This document shows positions 13,110 to 22,294 of a stretch of 64,000 bases of DNA, one piece after another. A program made the translations under genes and the position numbers. The stretch is taken from assembly GCA_002746155.1 (NCBI GenBank), contig NVWF01000014.1:1925-65924 (forward strand). Reading direction: 5' to 3'. How positions within the stretch are numbered: position 1 is the stretch's first letter; the number at the start of each line of letters is the position of its first letter. The notes beneath the pieces are model-generated. The model was not told the origin of the DNA. It was given only the letters and a program-made list of their open reading frames with translations, and did no database searches. The stretch is from Gammaproteobacteria bacterium (lineage in GTDB: Bacteria; Pseudomonadota; Gammaproteobacteria; Enterobacterales; GCA-2746155).

Positions 13110-15131
13110 ATGCCAATAGCCCGTCCAAAACAATTAGCCACTCGACTCCTTAGACAGTCACTGGTAATTATCTGGTTAACTATCATCGCACTGCTGTCTC
13201 TTGATATTATGATCGACTACAAGACTCACCGTAGCGACACCCTTAGCCAGATCCAACGTCAAGTCACCTTAATTAATCAATCGTTAGCCTCAGCTTTGGC
13301 TGACAATAATACCCTGTTGGCTCAGCAAACCTTGCAAAAATTATTAAGTGACCCAAGAATTTATCGCGCTCAAATTCAACGAGCTAGCAGCAAAAATTTT
13401 GGTAGTACACTTCGTCAATCAGGCGTTAATATTGATGGTCAACTTTTAAAAGCAATTGAGTTTCCAATCACTAGTAGTAACGCAACCTTACTGCTCGATA
13501 TTGATATGCAAGTAGCAGGCTACTCATTTTTTAAACGTTCTGTGGCTATGGTTATTATTACCATCCTTGCCGTGAGTCTCATAGCTGGTCTGCTTTATTT
13601 GCTGTTTGAACGTCGATTAACCCACCCTCTAAATACATTAATTCGTAAAATTAATAAGATTGATGCAGGCAAGGTGACGAGCCTTCCTGTCATTAAGGGC
13701 CATGAAAATGATGAAATTGGTCGCTGGATTGACACCACCAATCAATTACTCGAATCCGTTAAGGATATCCGATCTAAAGAATCAGAAGCCAAGGCCAACG
13801 CATCAAGATTAAGACGTTTTGATGAATTAACTGATTTGCCTAATCGCCAATATTTTCATGCTCAATTAAGACAACGTATTAATCTGGCAAAAAACCTCGG
13901 TCAAAAGCCCGCTTTACTTGTTTTTGGTATGGATGGCTTTTCTGCCATCAATGCCCGATATGGTAATGCCATTGGCGATAAATTATTGATGGCCGTGACT
14001 AAACGACTTACTAATTACCGTGGTCAATCTCAATTTATTTCTAGGATTTCAGGCGATCAATTTGCCTTGCTTTGTGAACATATCAATAACAGTTATGACG
14101 CCGGTCAATTGGCCCAAAGTTTACTGCATGCCCTGTCTCGTCCTTTTGGTATAGGCGATCAAAGGATTCAAATCAGTGCTTCCGTCGGCATCGCTCTTTA
14201 TCCTCAAGACGGCAAAACAGCTGAACTGTTAATGGCCAATGCTGACAAGGCTATGTTGCAGGCGAAGAAAGAAGGACGTAATCAATTCCAATATTACCTT
14301 GCCAGTACCGATGCCAAAATGCGCCGCAGAAAAGCCCTTGAAGATGCACTTCGTATTGCGCCTAAAACTCAGCAACTTTCTCTGGTTTATCAACCACAGT
14401 TTTGTCTTGAAGAAAGTAAAGTAACCGGCGCTGAAGCCCTTCTTCGCTGGAAACATCCTGACTATGGTATGGTCTCTCCTGTTGAATTTATTCCTATTGC
14501 TGAAGATTCGAATTTGATTATTCCAATTGGCGCTTGGGTTTTACAAAATGCTTGTCAGCAACTTGCCCATTGGCATAGCAAGGGTGAGAAAAACTTCCAA
14601 GTTGCTGTTAATTTATCGGCTGTACAACTTAAACAACCGAGCATTGTTCGGATGATTGAAAATGCAGTTGAAGAACATAATATCAACCCTTCCACCCTAA
14701 TATTAGAAATAACTGAGACGGCCGTTATAGATAATATTGATGCTAGTGTTAGCACCTTGGAAGAAATCCATGAGCTTGGTGTTAAAATCGCCCTAGATGA
14801 TTTTGGAACCGGTTATTCTTCCTTGAACTATTTAAAACGATTACCTTTAAATAAAATCAAAATTGATAAAAGCTTTATTGATGATGTTACTGAGAAAAAG
14901 CGTGATGGCATGATTGTCCAATCGATTATTCAACTGGCGCATAATCTAGAATTAAGCGTTGTTGCTGAGGGTGTTGAAAGCTTTGCTCAACATGAGTTTT
15001 TGCGTAATCTTAATTGCAAGGAAGGACAAGGTTATTTTTACAGTCCTCCTTTGAAAAGTGCTGAGTTTGAGAATCTTATTTTTGATAATGAGTTTATTAC
15101 TACAGAGGAAGCTTCTGTTGAGTTAGAGTAG
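13110..15131 (+). CDS. Membrane sensor HAMP-GGDEF-EAL protein
   Basis: Two TM segments and HAMP. The GGDEF domain has signature SGDQF. EAL domain motifs are EALLRW, DDFGTGYSSL and EGVES. Confidence 0.9.
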   Translation: MPIARPKQLATRLLRQSLVIIWLTIIALLSLDIMIDYKTHRSDTLSQIQRQVTLINQSLASALADNNTLLAQQTLQKLLSDPRIYRAQIQRASSKNFGSTLRQSGVNIDGQLLKAIEFPITSSNATLLLDIDMQVAGYSFFKRSVAMVIITILAVSLIAGLLYLLFERRLTHPLNTLIRKINKIDAGKVTSLPVIKGHENDEIGRWIDTTNQLLESVKDIRSKESEAKANASRLRRFDELTDLPNRQYFHAQLRQRINLAKNLGQKPALLVFGMDGFSAINARYGNAIGDKLLMAVTKRLTNYRGQSQFISRISGDQFALLCEHINNSYDAGQLAQSLLHALSRPFGIGDQRIQISASVGIALYPQDGKTAELLMANADKAMLQAKKEGRNQFQYYLASTDAKMRRRKALEDALRIAPKTQQLSLVYQPQFCLEESKVTGAEALLRWKHPDYGMVSPVEFIPIAEDSNLIIPIGAWVLQNACQQLAHWHSKGEKNFQVAVNLSAVQLKQPSIVRMIENAVEEHNINPSTLILEITETAVIDNIDASVSTLEEIHELGVKIALDDFGTGYSSLNYLKRLPLNKIKIDKSFIDDVTEKKRDGMIVQSIIQLAHNLELSVVAEGVESFAQHEFLRNLNCKEGQGYFYSPPLKSAEFENLIFDNEFITTEEASVELE

Positions 15132-15146
15132 TTTTTCAATTATTCC

Positions 15147-15270
15147 GGCCCTCAAGCTGACCCTCTCTTAGTATTTCAGAAGACGCCGTAGATACATCCC
15201 TGTAGGCTTAGTTGCAGCATCCCTGCTGCAAATACTTCTGTAATACTAAGAGAGGGTCAGCTTAAGGGCC
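15147..15270. repeat. About 124-bp palindromic element (REP/MITE-like) between convergent genes
   Basis: Left arm 15147-15182 (ggccctcaagctgaccctctcttagtatttcagaag) pairs with right arm 15235-15270 at 34 of 36 positions. An inner hairpin ttgcagca-tccc-tgctgcaa is present, and catccctg occurs twice. Confidence 0.8.
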
Positions 15271-15285
15271 TGTATGAGTTGTTGA

Positions 15286-18200
15286 CTAGGAGAAGTACTT
15301 TTCTAGGCGTTTTTCTGAGACGCTTTTTTTTGTGCCTAGTTGTTGTGCGAATAGGGATACGTGGAATTCTTCTAGTAGCCATCTTATTTCAGTTATAGAC
15401 TCTTTTGATTTTACTTTTGTGCCACTTTTTGCTTGGGTTAGGCCATGGTACTTCTGCCACCAGTTGTTCCAGATTACAGAGCGCTCTCGTTCTTGTTGTG
15501 GGTTTAAATCGGCTCGTTCGAATCTTATTGCTAAGGCTTTTAGGTAACGTGGATAGTGATGTAATTGTTCCCAACCTACGTTTGATAGGAAACCTGTGTA
15601 CATTAAGGATTCTAATCTTTCTTGGATTATAGTTGCTAGGCTAATTAGGCTTGGGGAGGATATTTTTGATATGGCTTTTCTTACTTTTTCTGCTTGGCGA
15701 AAAATTTCTATTAATAGGTTAGTGTTCTCTACAATTTCAGGGAGTAATGTTTGGGATATTTTATTTGTTAGATTTTCGAATGCTTTTTCTGAATTATAGT
15801 CACAGGCCTTATCTCCGATTTCGTTTTCGCATATGAGAAGGAATAAATCGAGATAGAGTTCTGAGATTTGTTGGTCAAAAAAACTTTTATGAGTATTTTC
15901 AATGTCTGATTTTCTTAAGGTTGAATAACTAAATTCAGCTTTTGTAAGTTCAGGTAAGAGGCGTTTCATTGTTTTTATTTTTTTTGCGCAATTTTTAATT
16001 AATAATAACTTTAAACCATTCTTGGTATCCTCATTAGCTTGCTGTTCATTATCGAATGCTTTTATGGATATTTGATCATCTACTAGGCTTAAACCTGAGT
16101 AGATTTCAATGCTTGATGTGCCATGTTCTGTTGTGGATTTTTTTTCAAAACCTTCCGTGGGAAAGTTTTCAAACAATGTAGTAGTTGTATTACTTTGTAG
16201 ATGGTCAAGTGCACTAAGAGCATGGTCCTTTTGTAACTCACTAAAATTTCGACTGAAGGCTATGACAGCTCCTGAATCCATGTCTGTTAGATAAAATAAT
16301 GGTTTCAAGTTTTCTTCAAGAGATATTTGATTAAAATCGGATTGTTGGATCAATACACTTGTCATTTGTCTTAGTGTTGATGCCATTTGTTGAGTCAATA
16401 CTTCGCCGTCAGGATGTAGTTTATCGAGTAGTGATTTCGCATAGTCTGGTACTGGTACAAAATTCTTTCGTAGTGCTTTTGGTAAGCCTCTGAGTAGCGC
16501 TATTATTTTTATTTCTAGCATTCCTGGTACTAGCCAATGGAAATCTTCTTCAGTAAATTGATTAATATAGGCAATGGGCATAATGATATGTAAGCCATCA
16601 TCTTCAGCGCCCGGTTCAAAATGATATTCAAGCTCTAGGGTTATGCCTTTAATGAATAGAGTTTCAGGATAAGCATAGCGATCTATTTCTTCAGCTTCTT
16701 CTCTAATTAAATCTTCAACATTAAGTTCTAAGATTTTTTGCTCAGCTGGACTTGCTGATTTATACCATTTTTCAAAAGCTGGGCCATTATGAATTTTTAT
16801 TGGAACTTTAACGCTATAGAAAGATTCTAAATAGTCTTGTTCCACTAGTATATCTCTGCGTCTTGCACGATGCTCCATGGCTTCGACTTGTTCTAAGCAC
16901 TTTCTATTATGAATAATTGCTGATGCTCTAGTGACAAAGTCATTTTCCACCAAGGCGTGAAATATAAATAATTCATGGGCTTTCTCAGCATCTTCTATGG
17001 CTAAGGCTACGGGGCGGTTTGCTATGATAGTTAAACCGTAGAGGGTAACACTTTCTTTTACCATAGCCCTTGCTGATTTCCTTGACCAATAGGGGTCTGA
17101 ATATTGATGCTTTAATAAATGAGGAGCAAGTTGTTCAACCCAAGTGGGGTCAATTTTTGCTACCTGCCGTGCATAAAGCCTTTGGGTTTCAACTAGTTCT
17201 CCAGCCAATAACCACTTTGAGCTTCTTGCCTTATCTCTCGATTTTTCATCGTCATCATCCTTTATGGATTTTTTACTTTTCTTTTGAAAAAGGCCCGAAC
17301 CTGGAAAAAGATGGAAACGATTATTACGCGTTGCCTGATAATCACCATCGGATGACTTCTCACCAATCTGGCTGATTAAACCCGTTAGTAAAGACTTGTG
17401 GATGGCGTCATAATCAGCGGGTTGTTTGTTTAGAGGGTACTTTGTTTCATGCATCAGTCTTTTTAGTTGACCATAAATTTCTCGCCATTCTCTTAGCCGA
17501 TTGAAATTAATAAATTCTCTCTGACAAACTTTACGAAGTTGATTCCAAGAACTTTCCAGCTTGAGTTCACTAAAATAATTCCACAAATTCAAAATAGCAA
17601 TAAAGTCTGAATCCTTGTCTGTGAATCGGGAATGTTTCTCATCTGCCTGTTGTTGTTTTTCTACTGGACGCTCCCTTGGATCGGGTAAACTCATCGCCGC
17701 GGTAATTATTAGTATTTCTTCCAGTGCCTTGTTATCTGAACCGGCTAAGAGTATTCGACCAATCTTTGGATCCACAGGTAAAATTGCAAGTTGCTTTCCT
17801 AAAGCCGTTATTTCTCGAGAGACTGTCATGGCTCCCAATTCTTGAAGTAATTTATAACCGTCATTAATTAAGCGAGCATCAGGCGGTTCGATAAAATGAA
17901 AGTCTTCAACTGAACCTAGCTCTAGCGTTGCCATTTGTAGAATAACTGAAGCTAGGTTGGTTCTTTTTATTTCTGGCTCGGTAAACTCATCTCGGCCGAG
18001 AAAGTCTTCTTCACTGTACAGTCGTACACTTATACCATTGGCGATCCTTCCACAACGACCTTGTCGCTGGTTAGCACTGGCTTGTGATATGGCTTCAATA
18101 GGCAGACGTTGGATTTTGCTTCTCACTGAATAGCGGCTCATACGTGCTTTTCCACTATCGATGACATAGTGAATGCCGGGTACAGTGAGAGAAGTTTCAG

Positions 18201-19275
18201 CAACATTTGTTGAGAGTATTATTCGGGTAGATGATCTTGATGAAGTAGAAAATATTTTCATTTGATCAGCTTGAGCGAGACGTGAATATAAAGGTAGTAT
18301 TTCATAACCTTTACTCACATGGCGTCGCAGATAATCAGCAACATGCCTTATATCTTGTTCTCCCGGTAGGAATACCAGTATATCACCCTTCCCTGCACTG
18401 CCTAGCAGCTCAGCAGCCTGACAAACACCCTCTTCCGTTGATAGGCCACCGTCTTCATCATTAAATTCATTGAGCGGCATATAGAGAGTTTCTACTGGAT
18501 AGGTTCGACCTGATACTTCTATTACAGGTGCCTTGTTAAAGTGATTTGAAAAACGTTCTGGATCAATGGTTGCTGAGGTTATAATCACTTTTAAATCGGG
18601 TCGTTTACTCAACACTTGATGTAAGATCCCCAATATAAAATCAATATTAAGACTGCGTTCATGTGCCTCATCAATAATGATGGTGTCGTACTTTTTAAGT
18701 AATGGATCATGGTGTAGCTCATTTAACAGGATCCCATCGGTCATTAATTTAATGTAACCCGCGGCATCAGACTTATCTTCAAAACGAACCTGGTATCCGA
18801 CCTCATTGCCTAGAGTTACCCCTAACTCCTCTGCAATTCTTAGGGCTACATTTCTGGCTGCAAGTCTTCTTGGTTGTGTATGACCTATCTGCCCATGGAT
18901 CCCTCTGCCCATGGCGAGGCAAATTTTTGGTAGCTGGGTTGTTTTACCCGATCCAGTTTCTCCTGCAACAATAATTACCTGATTTTCTTTAATTGCCTTG
19001 GTGAGCTCATCAACATGTTTAGAAATGGGTAATAGTTCAGGAAAATGAATTTTCGGGACATTGCTGAGTTTATGTTTGATTAACTCAGCAGCCTTGGATA
19101 ATTGCCTAGATAATTTTTCTAATGATTTATCAACGGGTTGCTTTTGTTTTATGCGCTTTTCAAGGCTATTGATCCAACGTTTATATTCAAGACGGTGAGG
19201 ACTAGAAAGTAAAGAAAGCGAATTTCGCAATTTCTTTACACTCTCAAGTTGTGATTGAACATCGTCTTTTTTCAT
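15286..19275 (-). CDS. hrpA: ATP-dependent RNA helicase HrpA (DEAH box)
   Basis: GETGSGKTTQ Walker A, DEAHER box, SAT-type motif (TSATID) and QRQGRCGR. The long C-terminal extension is typical of HrpA. 1329 aa. Confidence 0.95.
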   Translation of the reverse strand: MKKDDVQSQLESVKKLRNSLSLLSSPHRLEYKRWINSLEKRIKQKQPVDKSLEKLSRQLSKAAELIKHKLSNVPKIHFPELLPISKHVDELTKAIKENQVIIVAGETGSGKTTQLPKICLAMGRGIHGQIGHTQPRRLAARNVALRIAEELGVTLGNEVGYQVRFEDKSDAAGYIKLMTDGILLNELHHDPLLKKYDTIIIDEAHERSLNIDFILGILHQVLSKRPDLKVIITSATIDPERFSNHFNKAPVIEVSGRTYPVETLYMPLNEFNDEDGGLSTEEGVCQAAELLGSAGKGDILVFLPGEQDIRHVADYLRRHVSKGYEILPLYSRLAQADQMKIFSTSSRSSTRIILSTNVAETSLTVPGIHYVIDSGKARMSRYSVRSKIQRLPIEAISQASANQRQGRCGRIANGISVRLYSEEDFLGRDEFTEPEIKRTNLASVILQMATLELGSVEDFHFIEPPDARLINDGYKLLQELGAMTVSREITALGKQLAILPVDPKIGRILLAGSDNKALEEILIITAAMSLPDPRERPVEKQQQADEKHSRFTDKDSDFIAILNLWNYFSELKLESSWNQLRKVCQREFINFNRLREWREIYGQLKRLMHETKYPLNKQPADYDAIHKSLLTGLISQIGEKSSDGDYQATRNNRFHLFPGSGLFQKKSKKSIKDDDDEKSRDKARSSKWLLAGELVETQRLYARQVAKIDPTWVEQLAPHLLKHQYSDPYWSRKSARAMVKESVTLYGLTIIANRPVALAIEDAEKAHELFIFHALVENDFVTRASAIIHNRKCLEQVEAMEHRARRRDILVEQDYLESFYSVKVPIKIHNGPAFEKWYKSASPAEQKILELNVEDLIREEAEEIDRYAYPETLFIKGITLELEYHFEPGAEDDGLHIIMPIAYINQFTEEDFHWLVPGMLEIKIIALLRGLPKALRKNFVPVPDYAKSLLDKLHPDGEVLTQQMASTLRQMTSVLIQQSDFNQISLEENLKPLFYLTDMDSGAVIAFSRNFSELQKDHALSALDHLQSNTTTTLFENFPTEGFEKKSTTEHGTSSIEIYSGLSLVDDQISIKAFDNEQQANEDTKNGLKLLLIKNCAKKIKTMKRLLPELTKAEFSYSTLRKSDIENTHKSFFDQQISELYLDLFLLICENEIGDKACDYNSEKAFENLTNKISQTLLPEIVENTNLLIEIFRQAEKVRKAISKISSPSLISLATIIQERLESLMYTGFLSNVGWEQLHHYPRYLKALAIRFERADLNPQQERERSVIWNNWWQKYHGLTQAKSGTKVKSKESITEIRWLLEEFHVSLFAQQLGTKKSVSEKRLEKYFS

Positions 19276-19311
19276 TAGCAGGATCTAAATAACGTCTCAA
19301 GGATTAATCGA

Positions 19312-19340
19312 TAAAAAAAGCCCAGCAGATGCCAGGCTTT
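19312..19340 (-). terminator. Rho-independent terminator downstream of the alpha/beta-hydrolase gene
   Basis: The minus strand reads aaagcctggca-tc-tgctgggcttt followed by a T run. It lies 44 nt after the stop at 19384. Confidence 0.7.
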
Positions 19341-19383
19341 AAAGTCTAAGACTTAAATGTTTAGTTTAAGTATTTCGTAATGG

Positions 19384-20223
19384 TTATTTCCAGAAAGTAT
19401 GTTCAGCTCTAAGTTCTGCAAAATATGCTGCAACCGGCTTATAAAAATCTTTGTCTTCCCAATAACCATTATGACAGGCTGGATTCCATGAGGTAGCCGC
19501 GCCGCCAACATTAATTTCATAATCACCTTCAACCAGTGAATTATAGGTTTCATTAATACCCTTAAGAGGATAAGCGATAATGTCATCCTTATCATAATAG
19601 TTAGTCCACTTAACCCTTTCTTTAATTTTTTCAGGTAAAGCGCTACCAACGATATTAATAGGTTTCGCAAAAGTACTGTCCTGCTGTAAAGAATACAGCG
19701 CCATTGGTGTACCAAAGGTAACGAAGCCTGCAAGGGTATTAAATTGCTCTAATGCTGAAATACCATCCAGTGAACCATTAGCAGTTTCTGCTTGTTTCTT
19801 TTGCATATCATAGATGTAGTCAGACATAATCACCGAACCAAATGAGTGGGCTAGAATCACTAGTGGAGTGGTTTCAGGGTCGACACGTCTAAGAGCACAA
19901 AGTCTGCCCAAGTTTTCTTGTACGCGTTTATGAATAACGTCGTACAAGGATGTACGGTAGGCCAAAGCTGCACCGAGATGATCTACGAACAACTCACGTA
20001 AATTCAGATAGGTTAAGTCATTCTTATAATTTGCATTCTTTAAAAATGCTTGTTGTTGGTCTTTAACTAGGTCGCCCCAGTAAATTTCCTGAAAAATTAG
20101 ATCATCTTCCAAGCGACCTTCTTCCTCATTTACATATTCTTCAGTAATACGATGCTTTAATTCTACGGAAAAAAACTGATCCTCTGAACCCATACCGTGA
20201 ATAACTGCTATGGCAAGTTTCAT
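19384..20223 (-). CDS. Alpha/beta-hydrolase-fold protein (lipase/esterase-like), function unknown
   Basis: N-terminal beta strand IAVIHGMG and a nucleophile-elbow-like LAHSFGS. It has its own terminator and a 227-bp AT-rich upstream region. No closer family was recognised. Confidence 0.6.
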   Translation of the reverse strand: MKLAIAVIHGMGSEDQFFSVELKHRITEEYVNEEEGRLEDDLIFQEIYWGDLVKDQQQAFLKNANYKNDLTYLNLRELFVDHLGAALAYRTSLYDVIHKRVQENLGRLCALRRVDPETTPLVILAHSFGSVIMSDYIYDMQKKQAETANGSLDGISALEQFNTLAGFVTFGTPMALYSLQQDSTFAKPINIVGSALPEKIKERVKWTNYYDKDDIIAYPLKGINETYNSLVEGDYEINVGGAATSWNPACHNGYWEDKDFYKPVAAYFAELRAEHTFWK

Positions 20224-20450
20224 TCCTGTCTCCTTTCTTGAGGTAAATTATTTATATAAATTATTAAGTTATTATTTTCTGATATGAATAATTACAGAAT
20301 ATGAAGATTAATGCAATTTCACATCTGACTAAATGACTATTGAGGGCAATTATTTTCAAAATTAACAAGCTTCAGACCTCAAAACCTGTTTATTTAACGA
20401 ATTCTGCATTTAATTACTTTTTTTCTACGGCTAGTTTGTTATTAATTCGA

Positions 20451-20855
20451 CTAATCTGAAATGACAGCTGTAGCCTCTATCTCGATTATAGCGGGATGAT
20501 CTAACAAGTCACTGACAAATAACATGCTCATGCAAGGGTAATGTTTTCCCATGATAGACTTCCAGATTATTCCTAACTGTTTCCTGTTTTCAAGGTACTG
20601 GTCTCTGTCAGTGCAATAACAGGTCATTTTACAAATATCACTTGGTTTTCCACCTGCAGCAGAGACTAAGTCAACAATATTCTTTAAAGCCTGCTCAAAT
20701 TGGGGCAGTAGTTCTTCACTATGAAATTTCCCATCAGGAGTCCAACCAATTTGACCTGCTAAAAATAAAGTACGACCTTTAGCGGCTAAAATGGCATTAG
20801 CATATCCATTGGGTTTGGGCCATCCTTCTGGCAGTATTGCTTGATGTGAAGTCAT
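20451..20855 (-). CDS. RidA/YjgF/L-PSP family reactive-intermediate deaminase-like protein
   Basis: About 134 aa with ...LFLAGQIG... and a C-terminal IEIEATAV pattern typical of the YjgF fold. Confidence 0.8.
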   Translation of the reverse strand: MTSHQAILPEGWPKPNGYANAILAAKGRTLFLAGQIGWTPDGKFHSEELLPQFEQALKNIVDLVSAAGGKPSDICKMTCYCTDRDQYLENRKQLGIIWKSIMGKHYPCMSMLFVSDLLDHPAIIEIEATAVISD

Positions 20856-20885
20856 GGTTTTCTCTTGTTATAGTGCATTATTATC

Positions 20886-20930
20886 ATCTACATAATCTCT
20901 ACATAATTTCTACATAATTTCTACATAAAT
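20886..20930. repeat. Four tandem 11-bp repeats (tctacataatN) in a divergent promoter region
   Basis: ctacataa occurs at 20888, 20899, 20910 and 20921, an exact 11-bp phasing. The repeats lie 31-75 bp upstream of the ridA-like start. Confidence 0.9.
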
Positions 20931-21080
20931 GATAAGTCAAAACTAAGGATTGAGCAACTAGACAAACTAGCGGTTTTTTTGCTGGTAACAAAGGTTATGT
21001 TAGCGTTACAATTTAGCCTCAAAAATTATAGCACTTTATCCAGAGTAAATTGTTTATAGAGAGTATCCTCGGAGTTCACA

Positions 21081-22271
21081 ATGTTTGACCAACTCAATGC
21101 TTTGCCAGCCGATCCATTATTAGGTCTGATTTCTGCTTTTCAGAATGATCCTAGTCCAACTAAAGTCGATTTAGGTGTTGGCGTATACCGTGACGAAACC
21201 GGCCATACTCCAATCATGTCTGCAATCAAAAAAGCAGCCAAAATTCATCTCGACACTGAAAGTTCAAAAACCTACATATCTCCTGTTGGAGTACCTGGCT
21301 TTGTATCAGGTGTTAAGAAGCTTGTACTTTCCGAACAGTCTGCTGCCTTAGCAGATAACCGAGTTGCTGGATTACAAACTCCAGGTGGGTGTGGTGCTCT
21401 TCGTATTGGCGCTGAATTACTCATGCGCATGAAGGATGATGTTACCGTTTGGTTGAGTGATCCCACTTGGGCTAATCACATACCTCTGCTGAAAAGCGCA
21501 GGATTAAAATTAGCAAGCTATCCCTATTTTGATAAAAAAACGGGGGCCATTGACTTTGAAGCCATGGACACTAGCCTTGCAAAGCTTGGCCCAAGTGATG
21601 TGGTACTGCTCCATGGTTGCTGCCATAACCCAACCGGCGCAGATCTTAGCTATGAACAATGGCAGCGTGTAACAGAACGCGCAGTTAATCAAGGCTTCAT
21701 ACCTTTTGTAGATATTGCCTATCAAGGATTAGGTGATGGCTTGAACGAAGATGTTAAGGGCGTACGTCTTTTATCTGAAAACGTTGAAGAGATGCTCATT
21801 GCCACTTCTTGTTCTAAGAGTTTCGGACTCTATAGAGAACGTACGGGTTCCCTATTAATACAGACTAAAACTGCTGTTCAATCAAACGCAGCACTAACCC
21901 ATGCGCAAGATGCTGCACGGGCAAGTTATTCAATGTCACCTGCCTATGGTGGTTATCTAGTCGATCTCATCCTGAACACCCCAGCACTTCGAAGTGAATG
22001 GGAACAGGAAATTAATACCATGGCTAGGAGAGTTAAATCCCTAAGAAGCGGACTTTTAGAAAAAATTCAGCAGCGAGATATCGATAAAGACTTTAGTTTT
22101 ATTACTTCTCAAAAAGGCATGTTTACCTATTTAGGCATTACCAAAGAACAGGTACATAGGTTGCGCGATGAATATGCTATTTATATGGCTGATTCAAGTC
22201 GCATTAATGTTGCGGGATTGAATACACACTGTTTAGATTACGTAGCAGATGCCCTAGAATCTGTCTTGTAG
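21081..22271 (+). CDS. Aspartate/aromatic-amino-acid aminotransferase (AspC/TyrB family)
   Basis: The N-terminus MFDQLNALPADPLLGL...VDLGVGVYRDETGHTP aligns closely with the E. coli AspC N-terminus. PLP-lysine motif SKSFGLYRERTG. 396 aa. Confidence 0.93.
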   Translation: MFDQLNALPADPLLGLISAFQNDPSPTKVDLGVGVYRDETGHTPIMSAIKKAAKIHLDTESSKTYISPVGVPGFVSGVKKLVLSEQSAALADNRVAGLQTPGGCGALRIGAELLMRMKDDVTVWLSDPTWANHIPLLKSAGLKLASYPYFDKKTGAIDFEAMDTSLAKLGPSDVVLLHGCCHNPTGADLSYEQWQRVTERAVNQGFIPFVDIAYQGLGDGLNEDVKGVRLLSENVEEMLIATSCSKSFGLYRERTGSLLIQTKTAVQSNAALTHAQDAARASYSMSPAYGGYLVDLILNTPALRSEWEQEINTMARRVKSLRSGLLEKIQQRDIDKDFSFITSQKGMFTYLGITKEQVHRLRDEYAIYMADSSRINVAGLNTHCLDYVADALESVL

Positions 22272-22294
22272 AAGCGGTGTTGTAGAAACAAATA

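Noticed and set aside
9348-19275. SMC and the large DEAH helicase as components of an SMC-based or helicase-based defence system (Wadjet/Lamassu-like)
   Set aside because: SMC lies in the conserved smc-zipA-ligA housekeeping block with no JetA/B/D- or LmuA-type partners. The helicase has the full HrpA architecture and is separated from smc by an unrelated signalling gene.
19353-19733. 126-aa ORF overlapping the alpha/beta-hydrolase gene in another frame
   Set aside because: It is fully nested within the longer, motif-bearing 19384..20223 CDS on the same strand.
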